Assembly (NCBI GenBank): GCA_002269645.1
Contig: NIVC01000716.1
Coordinates: forward strand, 398,601-462,600
DNA length: 64,000 bases
From: Macrostomum lignano
Taxonomy: Eukaryota
Direction: 5' to 3'
In this document: positions 56,201-64,000 of the stretch, in pieces
How positions within the stretch are numbered: position 1 is the stretch's first letter
Layout of the letters: every line of letters starts with the position of its first letter
The notes under the pieces: generated by a model
The model's input: only the letters and a program-made list of their open reading frames with translations
Databases searched by the model: none
What the model was told of the DNA's origin: nothing
Translations under genes and position numbers: made by a program

Positions 56201-59200
56201 ACACAACCAGCTCCGACTTGTTGCGCAGGCAGCTCTCCAGGAACTCGAAGGAGGCCGCGTCCTGGCCCGAGGAGCTCTCCTGCGGGATACCATTGAGGGG
56301 CGATTCTCAAGGGAATTGAGGAGGGAATTGAGGGGCGATTCTCAAGGGAATTAAGGGGCGATTCTCAAGGGAATTGAGGAGGGAATTGAGGGGCGATTCT
56401 CAAGGGAATTGAGGGTGGATTCTCAAGGAAATTAAAGGGCGATTCCCAAGGGAATTGAGGGGCGATTCTCAAGGGAATTGAGGAGAGAATTGAGGGGCTA
56501 TTCTCAAGGGAATTGAGGAGGGAATTGAGGGGCGATTCTCAAGGGAATTGAGGAGGGAATTGAGGGGCGATTCTCAAGGGAATTGAGGAGAGAATTGAGG
56601 GGCTATTCTCAAGGGAATTGAGGAGGGAATTGAGGGCGATTCTCAAGGGAATTGAGGAGGGAATTGAGGGGCGATTCTCAAGGAAATTGAGGAGAGAATT
56701 GAGGGGCGATTCTCAAGGGAATTGAGGAGGGAATTGAGGGGCGATTCTCAAGGAAATTGAGGAGGGAATTGAGGGGCGATTCTCAAGGGAATTGAGGAGG
56801 GAATTGAGGGGCGATTCTCAAGGGAATTGAGGAGAGAATTGAGGGGCTATTCTCAAGGGAATTGAGGAGGGAATTGAGGGGCGATTCTCAAGGAAATTGA
56901 GGAGGGAATTGAGGGGCGATTCTCAAGGGAATTGAGGAGGGAATTGAGGGGCGATTCTCAAGGGAATTGAGGAGGGAATTGAGGGGCGATTCTCAAGGAA
57001 ATTGAGGAGAGAATTGAGGGGCGATTCTTAAGGGAATTGAGGGCGATTCTCAAGGAAATTGAGGAGAGAATTGAGGGGCTATTCTCAAGGAAATTGAGGA
57101 GAGAATTGAGGGGCGATTCTTAAGGGAATTGAGGGGCGATTCTCAAGGAAATTGAGGAGAGAATTGAGGGGCTATTCTCAAGGAAATTGAGGAGCGATTC
57201 TCAAGGGAATTGAGGAGGGAATTGAGGAGCGATTCTCAAGGGAATTGAGGAGGGAATTGAGGAGCGATTCTCAAGGGAATTGAGGAGAGAATTGAGGGGC
57301 TATTCTCAAGGAAATTGAGGAGCGATTCTCAAGGGAATTGAGGAGGGAATTGAGGAGCGATTCTCAAGGGAATTGAGGAGGGAATTGAGGAGCGATTCTC
57401 AAGGGAATTGAGGAGAGAATTGAGGGGCTATTCTCAAGGAAATTGAGGAGCGATTCCCAAGGGAATTGAGGAGGGAATTGAGGGGCGATTCTCAAGGGAA
57501 TTGAGGGGGGAATTGAGGAGCGATTCTCAAGGAAATTGAGGAGCGATTCCCAAGGGAATTGAGGGGCGATTCTCAAGGGAATTGAGGGGGGATTCTCAAG
57601 GAAATTAAAGGGCGATTCCAAGGGAATTGAGGGGCGATTCTTAAGGGAATTGAGGGGCGATTCTCAGGAAAATTGAGGGGCGAATTGGAATTGAAGGGTG
57701 ATTCCCAAAGAAATTGAGGGGCGACTCTCAAGGGAATTGAGGGGTGATTCTCAAGGGAATTGAGGAGGGAATTGAGGAGCGATTCTCAAGGGAATTGAGG
57801 AGAGAATTGAGGGGCTATTCTCAAGGAAATTGAGGAGCGATTCCCAAGGGAATTGAGGGGCGATTCTCAAGGGAATTGAGGGGGGATTCTCAAGGAAATT
57901 AAAGGGCGATTCCCAAGGGAATTGAGGGGCGATTCTTAAGGGAATTGAGGGGCGATTCTCAGGAAAATTGAGGGGCGAATTGGAATTGAAGGGTGATTCC
58001 CAAAGAAATTGAGGGGCGACTCTCAAGGGAATTGAGGGGTGATTCTCAAGGGAATTGAGGAGCGATTCTCAAGGGAATTGAGGAGAGAATTGAGGGGCTA
58101 TTCTCAAGGAAATTGAGGAGCGATTCCCAAGGGAATTGAGGGGCGATTCTCAAGGGAATTGAGGGGGATTCTCAAGGAAATTAAAGGGCGATTCCCAAGG
58201 GAATTGAGGGGCGATTCTTAAGGGAATTGAGGGGCGATTCTCAGGAAAATTGAGGGGCGAATTGGAATTGAAGGGCGATTCCCAAAGAAATTGAGGGGCG
58301 ACTCTCAAGGGAATTGAGGGGTGATTCTCAAGGGAATTGAGAAGCAATTCCCAAGGGAATTGAGGGGCGATTCTCAAGGGAATTGAGGGGCCATTCCCAA
58401 GGATTCCTAAATAATTCAACTCCAACCTGAATAAGCCGGCTGGCCACGCGGATGAGGTAGCAATAGGCCAGCGGAGACCGCAGCGAGCTCTTGCTGTACT
58501 TCTGCACCAGCTTGGTGACGGCCAGGCGGTCGGAGCGCCGGATCTGGTGCAGCAGCCCCAGGGCGTGGTACTGCACCATCACCGAGTCGGAGTTGACGGC
58601 CTCCTGGACCTCGTTGCTCCATCGGCGGACAACATCTTGGCTGGAGCGGAACATCTGGTAGGCGCTGACCAGGGCGGCGCTGCTCACTGGGGGTGAGCGG
58701 TCAACGATGGCCTGCTTCATGAAGCGCTCGATGCTCTGCAGCATCCCGGCGTCAGTGATGCGGCACAGCGCCCGGATCGACGGCGCGCGGAAGGCGTCCT
58801 CCTTGCCTGCGTTGAAGGGGCATCTGACTCAGTGAGCACTCCTTGTGATTGAATTCTTATCGGTTAATTCCCCTTTAGCATGGCATGAATTCCCCTGGAG
58901 CATGGCATGAATTCCCCTGGCGCATGGCATGAATTCCCATGGAGCATGGCATGAATTCCCCTGGAGCATGGCATGAATTCCCTGGAGCATGGCATGAATT
59001 CCCCTAGAGCATGGCATGAATTCCCTTGGAGCATGGCATGAATTCCCTTGGCGCATGGCATGAATTCCCACGGAGCATGGCATGAATTCCCCTAGAGCAT
59101 GGCATGAATTCCCTTGGAGCATGGCATGAATTCCCTTGGAGCATGGCATGAATTCCCTTGGAGCATGGCATGAATTCCCCTGGAGCATGGCATGAATTCC

Positions 59201-62200
59201 CTGGAGCGTGGCATGAATTCTCTTGGAGCATGGCATGAATTCCCCTGGACTATGACATGAATTTAACGCACCAGTCATGTCCTTGGTGAGACTGCTAGTG
59301 ACAATAATGACATCCTCGGCAACCGTGGCCATCTCCTTGATCACGATGTACACCAGGCGACGCAGGTGCACATCCTTGTTCTGGAACAGCTTGGTCATGG
59401 CAAAAAACGCCTCGGTGGCCTCCGTTCGGCCCAGCTGCTCACCCTGGCCAAGAATCACCAGCATCTTGGTGAGGATCTCAGTGCAACGCCGAACTTTCAG
59501 TGGTGTCTCGTTGAACACCCGGGCCTCCTGCAGCACGGTGCTCTTCTCCAGGCCGGTGTACAAGCTGGCTCGGCCTGGGGGATGTAAATACAGCCGTATA
59601 AATCAATATGGGAGCCTTAAACTGCACAGATCAATGAGATGAATGTAGAATTCTGCTTATTGCATGTCTTCTAGCTAAGCAGCAATAGTTAGTTTCATGT
59701 CCCAATCAAAGATGAAAATAATTCACTCAAAGACATATTTTCTGCAAAAGTTAAAGATAAACTTCAGAAAAAAATACATAAGGGTCCATCAGCTTCTTTT
59801 ACTTCTTCGCAGTAACAGTCGATGCTGTGACAATACATGTAGTATATTCACGTTCTTAAACAGCTTGAAGCATGGGTATTACTGTTATTGTTCAATAGAC
59901 ATTTATGCCTAGCAAGGCACAACCACAGACACTCATTTGATGAAACCAAGCTTATCTGCCCGCAAATTTGAGAGCATTAAATGAAAGTTATGACTTAGAC
60001 TTTCGTTCGATTCATGCGGGCTTAAATGTTGGTCTATAATGTTAAAGGGATCAAGTGCCCACGGGGTAAAAAGGCCATGGCACAATACAGCATTTACAAA
60101 CTGCCATACACTGATTTTATTTACAGACCAAGCTAGGACAACTGAGTGATTCGGAGAGCAGTGCCAGTTTTTCCACTGCTGAAGAGGAACTGAATGAAGG
60201 ACGCAGCTTATGTCATGTGATAAAATTGGTGACTGACATTCCAAGGGTGCATTGAGCACCTCATTGTCAGAGTGCATGATAACTAATGTAAATGGCTTGC
60301 AGGAAATTGACTGCTTTCAGGATCAAATTGATTGCAACAATAAGACACCTTAGCTATAGAACCCCAGAGACTCTCAGACTGCATGTCTTTTTAACATTCA
60401 AGACCAAATTGACTGCTTTCGGGATTAGTTAGAAATGCTATATTATGAGTACTTATTGTACTAATAATTTGGTGCAAAATTGCTTATAACATCAATATCA
60501 AAAATGCTTTACATAATATAGGAATGGTTATTTTACTAAGTTTAAATAGCTATATAACCTGCTATAAAGTAAAGTAGTTAGTATTTGTTGAATTTTTATT
60601 ATTCAGCAAAACAAAGCTACAACTAGCTATTATGAGCCTATTGATTATATAATATTATATACATAATGTACATTTAGGCACAATGTTTCTTAAGTTATTA
60701 TCTGCAATTCTTTACTTACTATTTTGTCTACCAAGTTTTTTCTACCAAGGTTCTTTACAATTGTGCAAGAGATAATAGCATAGTGCAATAACTAAAGTAT
60801 TAAAATATTTATGTTTATTTTAATAAATTTAGTTTATATCAAAAATTGTATATATTAAATGCATGTGAAGTTTTTATATTCTAACTTTGAAAGGTCATTT
60901 GTATGCCAGAAATTCTTAGAAATTTATTATATTAGAAACTATTCAGAATGTGCAAAATAGTGCAAAACTGGATATCTACCAAAATTTTTAATGCAGAAAG
61001 CATAAGACAATAACAGTTTTTTTATATAACAATACAATATAATATATATGCAGATAATGTAATTATCTTAAATTATGCAAATAGTAAAGACTCCTAGTTA
61101 TCTTTTATTTTTGTACATTTAGCTATTTTCTTAGAAATTTATTGTTCAAATAGACATAGAATGGTGTATCTTAAATAGAAGATTTATCTATGTCTATGAT
61201 GGTATAAAGTCTAACTATCAATTGGAAAGGTAGACTAAGTCAATGGTCAGTCAGTATAAAGCAGATGCACTGGAGGAAAAACTCAAGCAAGTTAATTACT
61301 GTTGTGCAACAACAAACCATGGTTTGCCTGTCTTGTCACTGGTATCTATAAGACCACCCATTTATTAGTTTCACTAGTTGATAAATGGCAATCTATCTAT
61401 TGAAACTTATCAATTTTTCTATAAATCTATTATAAGTATTCATCATTAAACTAAATAGATACTACAACCTTCAAAGAAAATAATTTAATACACAAAAGTA
61501 AAAGAGATCTGGACTCCTTTTATATATTATCATTATATTCCAAGTGTACTCGTACCTAAGACCCTGGCCTTGTATATATTGGAATTGTGTACCAAGTGCA
61601 TTAGGGACCCTTTGTGTATGCCAGAATTTACTTTGGCAAAACCAAAGGTTACTTTCTTGACTATGGAAAGTTTATTTTTGTCTATGTATAAACTAGGATA
61701 CAAATAATATTAAGATGATTTTAAAGTTTAGTATAAAATGCTTTTATATTTAAAAAAGGTACAATCCTTAAAACATTTTTATCCAAGTTTTTCATATTTT
61801 GTCCAGACAATAGCAAGTCAATTTGCCAAAAGTTAATTTGCTTAAAGCCAATTTGCCAAAAGCAAATGTTTTGCCAAAAGTTGTTTTGGTGAACAAATAA
61901 ACAAAGAAAAATAAAAAATAAACAAATGACAAATGAAACAGTAAATGTTAAATTTGAAACATTAAAATCAATCATGACCTCATCTATGAACAAATAAATA
62001 ACATAAAATGTTAAATATTAAATGTTAAAACCACTTGTCTTTTACAAATGCGGTAAATGCTTGCATATTGTGGCTTACAAAGCAATAGCCTATTTTGAGA
62101 GGCATAAAATTATGGAGTTTGCTGCATTATAAGCCAATCTTAATTCATTATTGATTTGTTGAGAAAAGAGTAAGTAATAATACTTTATATTCGTATATTA

Positions 62201-62950
62201 CAATTGTTTATTTGAAAAATATCTTTTTGAGAAGAAAAAGTGTCTTTTGATAAATATTGGCTGAATACAACAATAGCTATATTGCATATATATGGGCAAA
62301 TGTGGAAATTGTTTTGCAAAAGTTATTCTCCTTATATTTTTTATAAAAGTAGAAAACTTAAATAAACCATAGGAAAATTTTTTCTATAGTTGATAATTAT
62401 CAATAAAAAATTATTGGCAATGACAAATAAAAAATCGAACTCACAACTTACCTAGGCCTACATGACCCAAGTATCACACCATGATGCCAGAAAAGACTTC
62501 AAAAGATTGCCAAAGGCCTATTGCTATTTGAATTGGTGGATATCAGTTTCCTAATCAGGTTTTTGGCAAATTGACTTTCAGAAAAATGTATTCAGTGAAT
62601 AAAATTTTGGCAAATAGTTTTTTGGCGAATCATCTAGTATTTGTAGCATTCTAGTATTCGGATCACTCACTTTATGGAAGCAATTTTGACTAGGCCTAGA
62701 GATTCATTGTCATTAAGTTATTTTCTTATATTAAATAGAATCCATAAATGCATAATCTAAGACAAATGTCTTAATGATTAACTTAAATAACGATACACAC
62801 ATATTTTACTAATATAAACACAAAGCTGCATTAAAGAAGTGCATGTGCATTACATGCATTGCATACAAAAAATGTGATTGTTGTTTCAATTTCATTTGAA
62901 TGTTTCAGAAGCAACTCACCTTCTTCTTCATCTTTTTTATCACGACGCAT
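53208..62950 (-). CDS. COPG: Coatomer subunit gamma; exons 62950-62920, 59574-59272, 58806-58427, 56279-55990, 55841-55434, 55329-55060, 54264-53875, 53750-53208 (1-nt frameshift at ~54197-54199)
   Basis: [118 protein letters not shown]. 2615 nt +1 gives 871 aa, close to the known ~874 aa of gamma-COP. Confidence 0.97.
54428..55035. repeat. Intronic minisatellite, 22-bp AGCACCCAAGTCTGACCAGAGC
   Basis: About 26 copies in COPG intron 6, directly behind a duplicated donor. Confidence 0.9.
56296..58402. repeat. Intronic minisatellite, 23/35-bp AAGGGAATTGAGG(AGGGAATTGAGG)GGCGATTCTC
   Basis: Fills nearly all of COPG intron 3, with higher-order duplicated blocks near 57600-58330. Confidence 0.92.
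58872..59258. repeat. Intronic minisatellite, ~22-bp CATGGCATGAATTCCCCTGGAG
   Basis: About 18 copies in COPG intron 2. Confidence 0.9.
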
Positions 62951-64000
62951 TTTGAGTTTTTATTACAATAAGCTGACCTAATTTCAGAAAACTATTTTAC
63001 TAAGAATAGGATTAATCAGTAAAGTAAGCTTTCGACTTCTTGAAGCTGATCTGAAGTCACGACCACGAGCTGAATTGCGCTTTACGAGTTCTTAGAATTT
63101 CGCTTCGTCAGCGGCGTTTGAAAATGTCAAAGAAAATTAGGTGTTTAACAAAGGTTTCTTACTAAAACCAAATTTTCAGATGATTCACACATAAACTCTT
63201 TTATATAAAATAAAATTATTCAACCTATAGTAGTCCTAATGATTGTTTCAACCATCCACGGAAGTAGGACGTTCTTTTTTTAAACAATATTCGAATTATG
63301 GCGAATGGAAAACTATCAATAAAACCATCAATAAATTGTATATAAATTTGCCTCTACATGTACATTTCCGTTTTCAGCTTATACTCTTGCACGCAGAAAA
63401 TTGTTTTCTTGCATGTACAGAACTTCTGAGTCCTTCCTTAAGAATAAAAATCAAAAGTGAAGAAACGAAAAAACCTCAGTATTTAGCTATTTAACCTGAG
63501 AAAGGTAAAATTTTATTTAATTCAAAATCAACATCACAGTCAACATGGAAGAACATTGAACACAGCGCACCTTTATAATTGCTTGAAATCTTGAAACGTA
63601 GTAGCAAGAAGTCGAGGAATGGAAGAAAGCAGTCTGCAGCGATGCACGTAATGAATCGCGGATGGCACCTAAAATTACCATAGCGTACCAGCTAAATTGT
63701 TGGCAACGGAGCAACGATAGCTAAATTTACAATTCTTTAAAAGTAATTAGTGTTATACAGTGCTAATTATTTTTTAATATCAACTATGGTCGAAACAACT
63801 TTTTTCAAAGTGAAGAAGTGGTCTTTAATTACAGATCGCGGTTATACTGTAAAAACTAGGTGTGAGATAACCATAACTTAACAAAGAAGTTCAGCAAGAT
63901 TTAAACAAGTAAATTACGAAGTATAGCTATTCTCGCAAGCCATGTGTCGGCAAGAAATTACCAAGCAAAAAATGGAAACACAACGGATAGAAACTGACTT

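Overview
Eukaryotic (metazoan) genomic DNA with GC-rich exons, GT-AG introns and many tandem arrays. The style resembles the flatworm Macrostomum, but that is inference only. Genes reconstructed by hand with phase-consistent splicing: the 3' part of an NHL/beta-propeller-like gene (+, 232-5911); an FkbM-family methyltransferase (-, 9188-11361) whose start overlaps an isolated last exon of FTCD (+, 11345-11527); a single-exon GPI-anchored Ly6/three-finger gene (-); a 10-exon KIAA1549/UPF0606-like type I membrane mucin (-, 16928-29981); a 2-exon class A peptide GPCR (+, 40467-50512); a small uncharacterised 2-exon gene (+, 51446-52573); and gamma-COP (-, 53208-62950). Mobile DNA: a 1.73-kb element with PAT/Ngaro-type split direct repeats (A1-YR-B1-A2-B2) encoding only an intact tyrosine recombinase, three copies of a tRNA-derived SINE, hAT- and Tc1/mariner-type MITEs, decayed Crypton-like fragments and a possible solo LTR rich in bZIP sites. 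The best novelty candidate is the YR-only split-repeat element. Its recombinase ORF has no usable ATG, but it has a phase-1 splice acceptor that is in frame with the host gene's donor. About 20 unrelated mini/microsatellites occur, many abutting splice sites, and one is a 10-fold amplification of a 3' splice site. No CRISPR, rRNA or genuine tRNA genes. No searches or alignments were run; homology calls come from motif recognition.
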